DNA from: Candidatus Micrarchaeota archaeon
Lineage (GTDB): Archaea; Micrarchaeota; Micrarchaeia; Anstonellales; Anstonellaceae
Direction of reading: 5' to 3'
Assembly: GCA_964392435.1 (NCBI GenBank)
Contig: CAYMOY010000002.1
Coordinates: 247,261 to 311,260 of the forward strand
DNA: 64,000 nucleotides
Part shown: one piece after another, positions 17,665 to 26,345 of the stretch
Position numbering within the stretch: position 1 is the first letter of the stretch
How the letters are laid out: every line of letters starts with the position of its first letter
Program-made: the position numbers and the translations under genes
The notes under the pieces: generated by a model
The model's input: the letters and a program-made list of their open reading frames with translations, nothing else
Database searches by the model: none
Told to the model about the DNA's origin: nothing

Positions 17665-18918
17665 ATGGATAATCCGCTGATTGTGCACCACTACGACTGT
17701 GATGGGATAACCTCGGGGTCCATCGTAGCCTATTGGTTCGAATCTTGCGGCAAGCCATATAGAATGAAAACCGTGCGTAAAGCGGACGAAGTCCTGGTTT
17801 CCTCGCTCAAGTCGGAGCCAAACCTGATTTTTGTCGACCTGGGCAGCGGCTTATCGGCGCTTGACCAGCTTGAAGGGCAGGTGGTGGTGATAGACCATCA
17901 CCAGCCCCAATGCAAAGCGCACCTGCAGGCAAACCCCCACCTGTTCGGTTTTGACGGGGGCAGTGAACTGTCAGCATCTGGTTGCGCCTATTTCGTTTTC
18001 AAATGCTGCCCTGACCTGGGGGTTACTGGCGCAGTCGGGGACATACAATATCCTCTGCGCAGCCTCAACAAAAAGATGCTTGATAAGGCAATCGAACAAA
18101 AGCAAGTGGAGGTTTCAATCGATTTGCGGCTTTTCGGCAGGAACAGCCGCCCCCTGGTGCAGCTTCTTGGATATGCGGACGATCCATACCTGCCCGGTCT
18201 GACTGGCAACGAAAGCGCCTGCGCTGACCTGCTTGCGGACCTTGGGATTCCCGTCAATCAAGAAGAACGATGGCGCACCTACGGCGATCTTTCCCTAGCG
18301 GAAAAAACGAGATTGGTCTCCTCGCTTGCAGACCTATTATCCGCGCGCTTTTCCCCGGATGCGGCGCAAAGGCTTACCGGCGAAGTCTACACCCTGCTTT
18401 CTCGGCCGCCAAAAACCGAGCTTTCAGACGCTTCTGAGTTTTCCACGCTTCTCAACGCATGCGGCAGGAACGGAAGGCACGAACTAGGCGTGGCGGTCTG
18501 CCTGGGCCGTCAAGGCGCCTATGAGCAATCCAGGCTGCTCCTGGCCGAGCACCGGCGCAACCTGCGCGAGGGGATGTCCTTTGCGCAGCAACATGTGCAG
18601 GATTTGGGGAGGTTCCTTCTGGTGGACGGCAGAGGCGTAATACCCGACTCGATAATAGGCGTGGTTGCGGGCATGCTTTTCCCTGGAGGCAGGACCAAGC
18701 CGGTTCTGGCGCTTTCCACCGAAGAATCAGGCAGCATCAAGCTTTCCACGCGCGGCACCCGCAAGCTGGTCGAGGCAGGTCTCAATCTGGGGCAAATCCT
18801 CTCTGAATCATGCGCAGCGGTGGGCGGCACCGGCGGCGGGCACAACATAGCCGCGGGCGCGTCAATCCCCCCCAACAAGCTGGATGACTTCCTGAAGGAG
18901 TTCGCAAAACGGCTTTAA
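17665..18918 (+). CDS. RecJ-like DHH-family phosphoesterase/exonuclease
   Basis: HYDCDG, VDLGSG, IDHH, NPH..GFDG..ELS, GAVGD, EFSTLLNACGR, GGGH (DHHA1). Confidence 0.9.
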   Translation: MDNPLIVHHYDCDGITSGSIVAYWFESCGKPYRMKTVRKADEVLVSSLKSEPNLIFVDLGSGLSALDQLEGQVVVIDHHQPQCKAHLQANPHLFGFDGGSELSASGCAYFVFKCCPDLGVTGAVGDIQYPLRSLNKKMLDKAIEQKQVEVSIDLRLFGRNSRPLVQLLGYADDPYLPGLTGNESACADLLADLGIPVNQEERWRTYGDLSLAEKTRLVSSLADLLSARFSPDAAQRLTGEVYTLLSRPPKTELSDASEFSTLLNACGRNGRHELGVAVCLGRQGAYEQSRLLLAEHRRNLREGMSFAQQHVQDLGRFLLVDGRGVIPDSIIGVVAGMLFPGGRTKPVLALSTEESGSIKLSTRGTRKLVEAGLNLGQILSESCAAVGGTGGGHNIAAGASIPPNKLDDFLKEFAKRL

Positions 18919-18938
18919 GCAAAAAAGTAGCCCAGTTC

Positions 18939-21311
18939 TCAATCAGTTTTTGCCTTTTTCTGCACCTTCTGCCTCTTCAGGGGCGGCTGGGCTTGCGGCT
19001 TGCTGCCATCCTCGCTCCCGCCAGAGCTGGTCTTTTCTGCATCAACAATAGTGTCTGCAAGCTCTTTTTCAACAAGCCCCCAAAATATCTTCTGCCACTT
19101 CCTGTCAGCTGCGCCCCAGTCCACTTCCCCCTCTTCAGCCTCCAGGCCCTTGAGCATATTGTTTGCGGCGGTATTGCATTTGAGGACAAAATCCAGCTCC
19201 AGGAAAGGCGGGTGGGCATGCGTCTTTGCCGCCTCGGTTATCTGGGAATATAGTTTGCCTTTGAAAAAGGCCTCCATGATGTACTGCTGCGGGGGGATTC
19301 CCGTCTCATCGCACCTGCGCACCAGCGCCGGTGGGGTGAATTTGAGTTTGAGGCTCTTTGCTATCCTGCCAAGGTCTGCATTGGAAAGGGAGACTGCCTC
19401 GGCCTCAGGCAAATCCAGAAAAAGGCATTTGAGTTTCGTTGCCTCTGCATCCGCTCCGCGTTCAAGGGCGAAAACTTGAACGAACTTGTGCTCGGTGAGC
19501 TCGGTTTCGTATTGCGAGCCGAGCATGCGGTATACCCTGCTCTTGCGCCCGAATCGCATTTTCTTCAGGAAAGAATACCTGTCGGTGGAATACATGGATG
19601 CGGCAGGAACTCCGAAAACAAGCTCGAGGCGGTCCTGCACGTCTTTTAGCGACTGCGCATGCAGGTTGTAGAGCAGGAAAATGCCAGGCTGGGTGTTAAG
19701 CATGTTGATCACGCCCTGTATCGCCAGGCGCGAGCGGATTTCGTTTATGATGACGCAGGCATCTCCCATCCGCAGCGCTGCGTTGGTCATGGATACCAAG
19801 TCCAGCTCATTGGTCTGCCCGACATCCTCCCTGTCCGAGGCTTGCACCTGCACCGCGCCTATGTGGAAGCCGCGCTTGCGGTAAGCCTTGGTGGGTATTT
19901 CCTCAATGTCCTGGATGGGCAATATCCTTTTCTTGGTGCCTATCGCCGCGATTTTCGCGGATGTGAATGCGGTTTTCCCCACCCCCTTAAGGCCCAAGAC
20001 AGCCTCTGAGCAGCCAAGCGAGACCATCACGTCATCGTATCCGGCAAAGAATGGGCTCATGGAATTAAGCCGAAGGTACATCGGGTAGGTAAATGGCTGG
20101 TCGCGCATTATCCTGAGTGCGCCTTGCAATTCGCCAAACGTGGCTGGGGGGCGCTGCAAATGGCACCTCATCGCCAGCCGAGTGAGCACCACGTCCACAA
20201 CAGGCGCGTTCTTGTCGAACTTCCGGGTGCCTTTCGATGTGGCCATTATGTTCTTGAATGCCTGCTCCAGCATTTCGCGGTTATACCTCCAAAGGGTGTG
20301 GCACAGCCCGAACTTGGCGTGCTCGATGTATATCGGGGAATTTTCAGAATCGATGTAAATGTCGGTGATGTTTTCCCGGTCAAGCGCCATGTTCTCTATG
20401 GGCGCCCCCAGGCCAACCACCCAAGCGGCGGCTTCCCTGCCCATGGCAAATGCCTCCTCCTGGGTTATTGGCGTTTTTTCCAGCGAAGCTCTGTCTATGA
20501 ATTGCTGTGCAAACTCGCGGCTCCGGTCATCATAAATGGTTGTGTAATCTGTGGTCTGCCGGGTCTCCTTCAAGCCCTCTTGTATGGCGGCTTTAAGCAT
20601 TTCCTGAAGCTGCGGGGCAAGCGCTTCGATTGTCGGCGATTCTATCGTGTAAAGTCTGGCCTCTCCGCCGGGCAATTCATAAATTCTGGTTTTCATGCCA
20701 TATGGCAAATCATAGCCCGCGTCATGCCCTGCGAGTGCGACCGCCCCCTCGGGCACCGCCAGCATGAAGTTTTGCATGAAAAGCAGGCTGCGCAGCCCCA
20801 GCAGCGCCAGAAAAGCAGCCCGCAGATCCCCTGTTTTTTGGCAAAGAACATAAAGGGAAGACTTGGAATACGCGTCCAATATCCCGTTTATCCAAGCCTG
20901 GAATCCCCGGTAGCCTTCCACAAACACCGCTTTTTGGGGGTAAGGCTCATTGTAATCCTTGAGCACCTGCGCAGCAACCATGGGGCTCATGAACATGTAT
21001 TCGTAGAAATCCTTGAGCGCCTTCTTGCGCTGCAGATAGTAGTCGTCTTCCGGCTTTCCGTAGGTTTTTGGATTCAGCATTATCGCTTCGACCTGGCGTA
21101 TCAGCCCGTCGTACTCCGAGATTATCGCCGATTTTTCCTCATCCAGCTCAATCACTACTTCCTCCTCATAGCGCATGGTTTTCCAAAGCTTGGGCAGCGC
21201 GGAGGTCGCCCTCAGGTGTGAGTTTATGCACTGAGGGGTGGTCAGTCCAAGCCCGCACGTCGGGCAGTCCATTACGAGGCGGTTGCCCTGATAATCCGGT
21301 CTGCAGCCCAT
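18939..21311 (-). CDS. Type II/IV secretion / pilus assembly ATPase (VirB11/TadA-like), divergent
   Basis: N-terminal CxxC; ITDIYID, GLKGVGKT (Walker A), IQDIEEI (Asp box), ALRMGD..VIINEIRS (Walker B), LHA (His box). Confidence 0.8.
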   Translation of the reverse strand: MGCRPDYQGNRLVMDCPTCGLGLTTPQCINSHLRATSALPKLWKTMRYEEEVVIELDEEKSAIISEYDGLIRQVEAIMLNPKTYGKPEDDYYLQRKKALKDFYEYMFMSPMVAAQVLKDYNEPYPQKAVFVEGYRGFQAWINGILDAYSKSSLYVLCQKTGDLRAAFLALLGLRSLLFMQNFMLAVPEGAVALAGHDAGYDLPYGMKTRIYELPGGEARLYTIESPTIEALAPQLQEMLKAAIQEGLKETRQTTDYTTIYDDRSREFAQQFIDRASLEKTPITQEEAFAMGREAAAWVVGLGAPIENMALDRENITDIYIDSENSPIYIEHAKFGLCHTLWRYNREMLEQAFKNIMATSKGTRKFDKNAPVVDVVLTRLAMRCHLQRPPATFGELQGALRIMRDQPFTYPMYLRLNSMSPFFAGYDDVMVSLGCSEAVLGLKGVGKTAFTSAKIAAIGTKKRILPIQDIEEIPTKAYRKRGFHIGAVQVQASDREDVGQTNELDLVSMTNAALRMGDACVIINEIRSRLAIQGVINMLNTQPGIFLLYNLHAQSLKDVQDRLELVFGVPAASMYSTDRYSFLKKMRFGRKSRVYRMLGSQYETELTEHKFVQVFALERGADAEATKLKCLFLDLPEAEAVSLSNADLGRIAKSLKLKFTPPALVRRCDETGIPPQQYIMEAFFKGKLYSQITEAAKTHAHPPFLELDFVLKCNTAANNMLKGLEAEEGEVDWGAADRKWQKIFWGLVEKELADTIVDAEKTSSGGSEDGSKPQAQPPLKRQKVQKKAKTD

Positions 21312-21399
21312 GCACCAGCATTCGCATTCGGGCTTTTAATCCCTATCGTAATGCGGCCAATTCTCTTCTGGCAAAAGCTGGCTGCAAATAAAAAAAACC

Positions 21400-21468
21400 A
21401 CAACAGCCCGGTTGGCGAACCTGGGAAACCCCCAGCCCGCGCCTTTCGGAGCGGGTCCGGGCTGATGT
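21400..21468. ncRNA. Candidate small structured RNA/DNA element (multi-way junction)
   Basis: CAGCCCGG/CCGGGCTG closing stem enclosing CTGGG/CCCAG and CCCGC/GCGGG arms; GAAA tetraloop on the minus strand; flanked by A-tracts (T-tracts on minus). Confidence 0.4.
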
Positions 21469-21499
21469 CTCAAAAAGAAAAAAAAGTTTTCAGCACAAT

Positions 21500-21715
21500 T
21501 CAAGCATTCTTCAACTTCGCCTTGTAGACGTAGCCGTCCTTCCCAAGGTAGTACATGAAGCCGCTCTGCTTGGCTATTTTCTCAGTTCCCACCTTGCCCT
21601 TGCGGCCGCCCTTGTTGTGCTTCATAGGCGCTTTCCAGACATAGCCATCCTTTCCGATGAAATACAGGTAGCCGTCTTCGCGCTTTATTTTCTCGCTTCC
21701 GATTTTCTGTCCCAT
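21500..21715 (-). CDS. Small basic DNA-binding protein, Cc1-like chromatin protein
   Basis: 71 aa with internal duplication KIGSEKIKREDGYLYFIGKDGYVWKA / KVGTEKIAKQSGFMYYLGKDGYVYKA; SD GGAGGTG; TATA upstream; T-tract downstream. Confidence 0.75.
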   Translation of the reverse strand: MGQKIGSEKIKREDGYLYFIGKDGYVWKAPMKHNKGGRKGKVGTEKIAKQSGFMYYLGKDGYVYKAKLKNA

Positions 21716-21939
21716 TACAGACACCTCCAAAATAGATACGGGGTTGTTCCCGTCGTGTCTTCGTCGGCACAATTTATAAATATATCTACGACGGAGAAAC
21801 GTCGGAAAAGCAACCAACCCAAATCCCTCCTGGCGCGCCGATGTCCTGCCGTGCATTGTGCAAAGGCGGATTTGGCGCAACCAGCCTCTTCTTTTAATAT
21901 TCCTTCGGTCACTTCATCTGCGCACCAGAGGAATCGGAT

Positions 21940-23265
21940 ATGGACTTGGGTCGGAGCCTTCGCCAGGCACTTGCGAAATTCACGGGCGCTCCGGTCGCCG
22001 ACGAAAAGGCGGTCAAGGCGCTTTGCCGCGAGCTGCAGCGCGTGCTGATTTCATCTGACGTGAATGTGAAGCTGGTTTTCGAGCTGACAAAAAAGATAGA
22101 GGCTCGCGCGCTTGACTCCAAGCTGGCGAAGGGGCTTTCCTTGCGCGAGCACGTGGTCAAGGTGGTCTATGAGGAGCTTGCGTCTATGGTGGGCAGCCAC
22201 TATGAGCCAAAAATATCCCCGCACAAGGTGCTGCTGCTCGGGCTTTACGGGAGCGGCAAAACCACCACCGCCGGCAAGCTGGCGCACTTCTACAAAAGCA
22301 GGGGGCTCTCGGTTGCGCTGGTTTCCTGCGACACCGACCGCCCTGCGGCATATGAGCAGCTGCAGCAGGTTGCAAAATATTCGGGAGCCGCGTTCTACGG
22401 CATCAACGGGGAAAAAGACGTGCGAAAGATAATAGCTGACGCCGGGGCGAAATGGGACCAAGACATTATAATATTCGATTCTGCCGGTCGAAGCGCCTTT
22501 GATTCCCAGTTGATTGAGCAGCTCAAGCTGATAAATTCTCTTTCCGAGCCAGACGAGAAATTTCTGGTGATTTCAGCCGATATCGGCCAGATTGCGGGCA
22601 AGCAGGCAACCCAGTTCCATGAGGCGGTCGGGCTTTCAGGGGTGATAATCACCAAGATGGATGGGAGCGGCAAAGGGGGCGGCGCGCTTTCAGCGGTGGC
22701 CTCCTCCAATGCAAAAGTGGCTTTCATCGGCACGGGCGAAAAAATGGATGCGCTGGAGCCGTTTGAGGCGCAGAAATTCGTGGGCAGGCTGCTTGGTTTC
22801 CCTGACATCGGCGCGCTGATGGAAAAAGTGAAAAAAATAGCGGAGGAAGAGGCGCTTCCGAGCCAAGTGGAAGAAAAGCTCACCATGCGGGTGTTTTACG
22901 AGCAGCTGAAAGCTGCAAAAAAGCTCGGCCCACTGTCCAACGTTTTTTCAATGCTGGGGGCTGCGGATGTGCCGCAGGACATGGTGAAAACCAGCGAGGA
23001 CAAGCTCAAGAAGTTCGAAGTGATAATATCCTCAATGACTCCTGCGGAACGTGATGATGCCTCGCTTCTGCGCAAGCATCGCTCTCGCATGGCCAGGATT
23101 GCCCGGGGCTCTGGGACCAGCGAGCAGGATGTAAGGGATTTGCTCGTCCAATTCGAGCGCGTCAGCGGGCTGTTCGGCCAATTCAAAAAGAACCGTGGCT
23201 TGCGCAAAAAAATGGAGAAGATGATGAAAGGGGCGAATATCGACCTTTCAAAACTGGGAGGCTAG
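21940..23265 (+). CDS. srp54: Signal recognition particle 54 kDa protein
   Basis: GLYGSGKTTT.GKLA, DTDRPAA, DSAGR, TKMDGSGKGGGALS, M-domain SMT..ER...SRM.RIARGSG. Confidence 0.96.
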   Translation: MDLGRSLRQALAKFTGAPVADEKAVKALCRELQRVLISSDVNVKLVFELTKKIEARALDSKLAKGLSLREHVVKVVYEELASMVGSHYEPKISPHKVLLLGLYGSGKTTTAGKLAHFYKSRGLSVALVSCDTDRPAAYEQLQQVAKYSGAAFYGINGEKDVRKIIADAGAKWDQDIIIFDSAGRSAFDSQLIEQLKLINSLSEPDEKFLVISADIGQIAGKQATQFHEAVGLSGVIITKMDGSGKGGGALSAVASSNAKVAFIGTGEKMDALEPFEAQKFVGRLLGFPDIGALMEKVKKIAEEEALPSQVEEKLTMRVFYEQLKAAKKLGPLSNVFSMLGAADVPQDMVKTSEDKLKKFEVIISSMTPAERDDASLLRKHRSRMARIARGSGTSEQDVRDLLVQFERVSGLFGQFKKNRGLRKKMEKMMKGANIDLSKLGG

Positions 23266-23324
23266 CATTTTCAAAAGAGCCTCCGGCCTTTGCTACCTGG
23301 ATAAAAATGAAGAATGCGAATGGG

Positions 23325-24074
23325 CTAAGGCATCTTTGGGGCGCCTCTTCCTGACAGGGCAAGCTCCTTGGACATCAGCTCATCTAGCACTTCTTTCGCA
23401 ATTACGCGCCGCCCGCCTATTTTTTCGTGCGGGATGCGGTTTCGGTCCAGTCTGCGCTCGAAGGCATTCCGCTTTATCCTTATGCCGCGGGATGTCATAG
23501 CCTGCACAGCATCCCCAACATCATAATAGTTCTTGCATACATGCACCAAGCTCTCTATGGCGGATTTTGGTACCCAGCGCTGGGTTCCGATTTTCAAAGA
23601 GGGAATCGAGTTTTTCTCAATCCTCCCGATGAATGCGCGCAGGTTCAGCTTCTCATGCTTTTTGAGCTCGTTGAATGCCTGCTTTACCGAATAGAATTCG
23701 TTCGCCAGGGATATCCAGTCCTGGATGACCGGTTTCGGGATAAGCCGCTTGTTGCCTATTTTTTCAGAATGGACCGAGCGCCTCTCAACGCGGCCTCCGA
23801 ATGCGCGGAATGACAAAGAGACCCCGCCGCGTCTGAGCTCATCGTATGCTTCATCCAAGGTATACAGCCCCATCCCCCTCAGGCGCTCTTTCTCCAGCTT
23901 CTCCTGCGCGTATAGGTCCTTGGCCCGGTCTACAATATTTGATATGTTCTCGTGGAGCTCCTTTTCAGTCTGTGTCCTCTTAAATTTCATGTCTGCGAGT
24001 TTGGTCGCCTTGAGCCTAGAAACCACAGGATCCTTGATTGTTTTCTCGATGACTATTCTTTTTCCACGAGGCAT
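23325..24074 (-). CDS. Protein with three tandem excisionase/MerR-like HTH repeats
   Basis: Three ~51-aa repeats Y-x-[LV]-x-x-A...[RN]AF..R...[IV]..[EL]KIG..R.[IV].K..I. Confidence 0.8.
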   Translation of the reverse strand: MPRGKRIVIEKTIKDPVVSRLKATKLADMKFKRTQTEKELHENISNIVDRAKDLYAQEKLEKERLRGMGLYTLDEAYDELRRGGVSLSFRAFGGRVERRSVHSEKIGNKRLIPKPVIQDWISLANEFYSVKQAFNELKKHEKLNLRAFIGRIEKNSIPSLKIGTQRWVPKSAIESLVHVCKNYYDVGDAVQAMTSRGIRIKRNAFERRLDRNRIPHEKIGGRRVIAKEVLDELMSKELALSGRGAPKMP

Positions 24075-24280
24075 TCATCCCACCTTCTCGAAAATGGTAA
24101 TCTCATCACAATACATTATTTACCATTCTTCCTTTAAGGCAACTTGTTTATAATACTTCTTCCAGGTCTCCCCTACAAATCTGCCTTGGCGAAAAACGAT
24201 AGGTCTGGCAACATTTAAATAGTCTTTCCAAAAGCCCAATTCTGCGTTTTGGCAACAACGAATTAATCATTTGCCATCAT

Positions 24281-25429
24281 ATGTGGGGGGTGGAAAAATT
24301 CACCTTATGCGGCTTGTGCGCAAGCCGCTTCCCAAAAAACAGGGCGATTTCCCCTGCAAAAAGCTCGGATGCCTGCCATATCTGCGGCGGCGCGCTTTCG
24401 CAGATGGGCGCGCTCATATCATCCGTCCTTTCGCACTCATCCCTTTTCGAATGGGACTCGTTCGCAGTTTCCTCCTCATTCCCAAAAAAAGCCCTGGTCA
24501 GAGAGCAGCAAGTAGCCGATTTTTTCCAGCCGGGCGAGTTCACATCTATAAAAAATTCGGTCAATGCAAAGCTTTCCTCCAGCATTGTTCTTGCCACTGG
24601 GAAGAAAAACGACTCCAAGAGGCCGGATGCGCTGTTCGAGTTCGATTTTATCCATGGCAAGGCGGCCGCCAAGCCCTCAGACATATTCATCCACGGGCAC
24701 TACCTCAAACTATCCCGGAATTTCTGTCAAAGCCGCTGGCATTGTTCCAACTGCCGCGGGAAAGGCTGCGGCCGATGCCGGGGGAGCGGCATGAACTACC
24801 CTTCGGTTGAGGACGAGCTGGGGAAAGTTTTCTGCGCAGCTTTTGAGGCATCCGGGTGCACCCTCCATGCGAGCGGCAGGGAGGATGTAGACGTTCGTTC
24901 TATTGGCGGAGGAAGGCCTTTTGTGATGGCGCTTTGCTCTGCAAAAAAAAGAAAGGTGGCACTTGCCGGGCTGGAGAGGCAGCTTGCGCAAAATCCGCAT
25001 GTGCGCGCAATCGGTCTGCAACGCGTGGGGAAAGGTTTCGTAGACGCAGTGTGCAACTCCCATTTTGAAAAAGAATACTCCGCTGTTGTCAGGGCCGATC
25101 GCCCTCTTTGCCATCGGGATGCGGCTGCGGCAGAAACCCTCTCCGGGCGTCAGCTGCTGCAAAAAACCCCGAACAGGGTGCTTTCACGGCGGGCAGACCT
25201 CCAACGCAAACGCAAAATCATATCAATCTCAGCCGAGCAATGCGAAGGGGGCAAGCTGCGCCTGCGCATACTCGCCGAAGCAGGCACTTACATCAAGGAG
25301 TTTGTCTCATCGGACGGGGGGCGGACCGAGCCGAGCATTTCCTCTGTTCTTGGCTGCAAAGCAGAATGCGAAGAATTAGACGTGATTTTTATACACGACT
25401 ATTTTCTGCAGACAATCAGAATCGATTAA
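24281..25429 (+). CDS. pus10: tRNA pseudouridine(54/55) synthase Pus10
   Basis: N-terminal CxxC..CxxC, GHYLKLSR...QSRW, HASGREDVDVR..G.GRPFV, QKTP.RV..RRA, GTYIKE. Confidence 0.93.
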   Translation: MWGVEKFTLCGLCASRFPKNRAISPAKSSDACHICGGALSQMGALISSVLSHSSLFEWDSFAVSSSFPKKALVREQQVADFFQPGEFTSIKNSVNAKLSSSIVLATGKKNDSKRPDALFEFDFIHGKAAAKPSDIFIHGHYLKLSRNFCQSRWHCSNCRGKGCGRCRGSGMNYPSVEDELGKVFCAAFEASGCTLHASGREDVDVRSIGGGRPFVMALCSAKKRKVALAGLERQLAQNPHVRAIGLQRVGKGFVDAVCNSHFEKEYSAVVRADRPLCHRDAAAAETLSGRQLLQKTPNRVLSRRADLQRKRKIISISAEQCEGGKLRLRILAEAGTYIKEFVSSDGGRTEPSISSVLGCKAECEELDVIFIHDYFLQTIRID

Positions 25430-25454
25430 ATAGCTTGCAGTGGGGTTCTCCCTC

Positions 25455-26345
25455 ATGATAAATTTCCTTCCAATGCCGCCTGAGATTCCGGGCATGGGCG
25501 CACGCTTGCTTGTCGCCCTGTCGTTTACTGCGGCAGCCTCCTATTTCGACGTTTTCAATAAGAAATGGGTGCCAAACTACCTGGTTTATGGATTTCTCGC
25601 CGCTGCGCTGCTGCTAAACATCATATTTTACAGCCCAGATGCGACTTTGCAGGCTCTCGCAATCGGGGCGGCAACCTTCCTTCTTACCTATCCGCTCTAC
25701 AAGATGGGCCAGCTTGGCGGCGCCGACGTTTTTGTTCTCTCAGCAATAGCTGCAGCAATCCCCTATTTCTCATCCCCGTTTCTGGCGCCGCATCAAAACA
25801 TCCAATACCCGTTCATACTATCGGTTCTGGTCCCATCCAGCCTGTTTTTCATCCTGCACATGCTCTCCAGGTTCCTTCCCTATGCCGCGCGCTTGCTGCG
25901 CGAAGGCAGGCTGAAGCTGACTTGGGCTAAGCTCCTCGGCCCGCTTCTCCTGTTCGGGTCATTTTCACTTTTTGCCTATGTGGCAGGCACCTTGCCGGTT
26001 TCGCTGCCGCCACAGTACTTCGCCATAATGTCGTTCCTCCTGGTTTCACTGGTGTTCTTCTCATTTTTCAAAGATGAGATAAAGGACAGCATGGTGGAGC
26101 CGCTCGCCCCATCTGCGTTGCAAGAAGAGGATGTGCTGGCGCTTGAGAAAATGGACGGGCGCACAGTCAAGAGGCTAAATCTTGGGCCGCTTCTTTCCGC
26201 AAGAGATATAGCTGCCATAAAAAAAGCGAGGCTCAAATCAGTCCCTGTCTACACCGGCATGCCGTTTTTTCTGCCCTACCTGTTCTTGGGCCTGGTCTTC
26301 ACATTGCTTTTCGGGGACCTGCTCTACAGCCTGGCGCTGCTTTAG
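25455..26345 (+). CDS. A24-family prepilin/prearchaellin peptidase
   Basis: SYFD....VPN, GGAD catalytic motif, multiple TMs, C-terminal GMPFFLP. Confidence 0.85.
   Translation: MINFLPMPPEIPGMGARLLVALSFTAAASYFDVFNKKWVPNYLVYGFLAAALLLNIIFYSPDATLQALAIGAATFLLTYPLYKMGQLGGADVFVLSAIAAAIPYFSSPFLAPHQNIQYPFILSVLVPSSLFFILHMLSRFLPYAARLLREGRLKLTWAKLLGPLLLFGSFSLFAYVAGTLPVSLPPQYFAIMSFLLVSLVFFSFFKDEIKDSMVEPLAPSALQEEDVLALEKMDGRTVKRLNLGPLLSARDIAAIKKARLKSVPVYTGMPFFLPYLFLGLVFTLLFGDLLYSLALL

Noticed and set aside
18974..18994. 19/21-nt match to 48948-48968; both encode AQPPLK (ATPase C-tail and TrmJ N-tail)
   Set aside because: A six-residue match in low-complexity tails with only two copies; chance cannot be excluded.
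13170..21221. Long antisense ORFs (e.g. 13170..14132, 13805..14749, 20124..21221)
   Set aside because: They overlap well-supported genes, have no motifs, and are expected in GC-rich coding DNA.
21400..21468. Considered as SRP RNA, split or permuted tRNA, SECIS, hammerhead/HDV ribozyme or fluoride riboswitch
   Set aside because: Lacks the required conserved cores (SRP helix 8 motif, proper T-arm, CUGAUGA, GGNGAUGG); kept only as an unknown structure.
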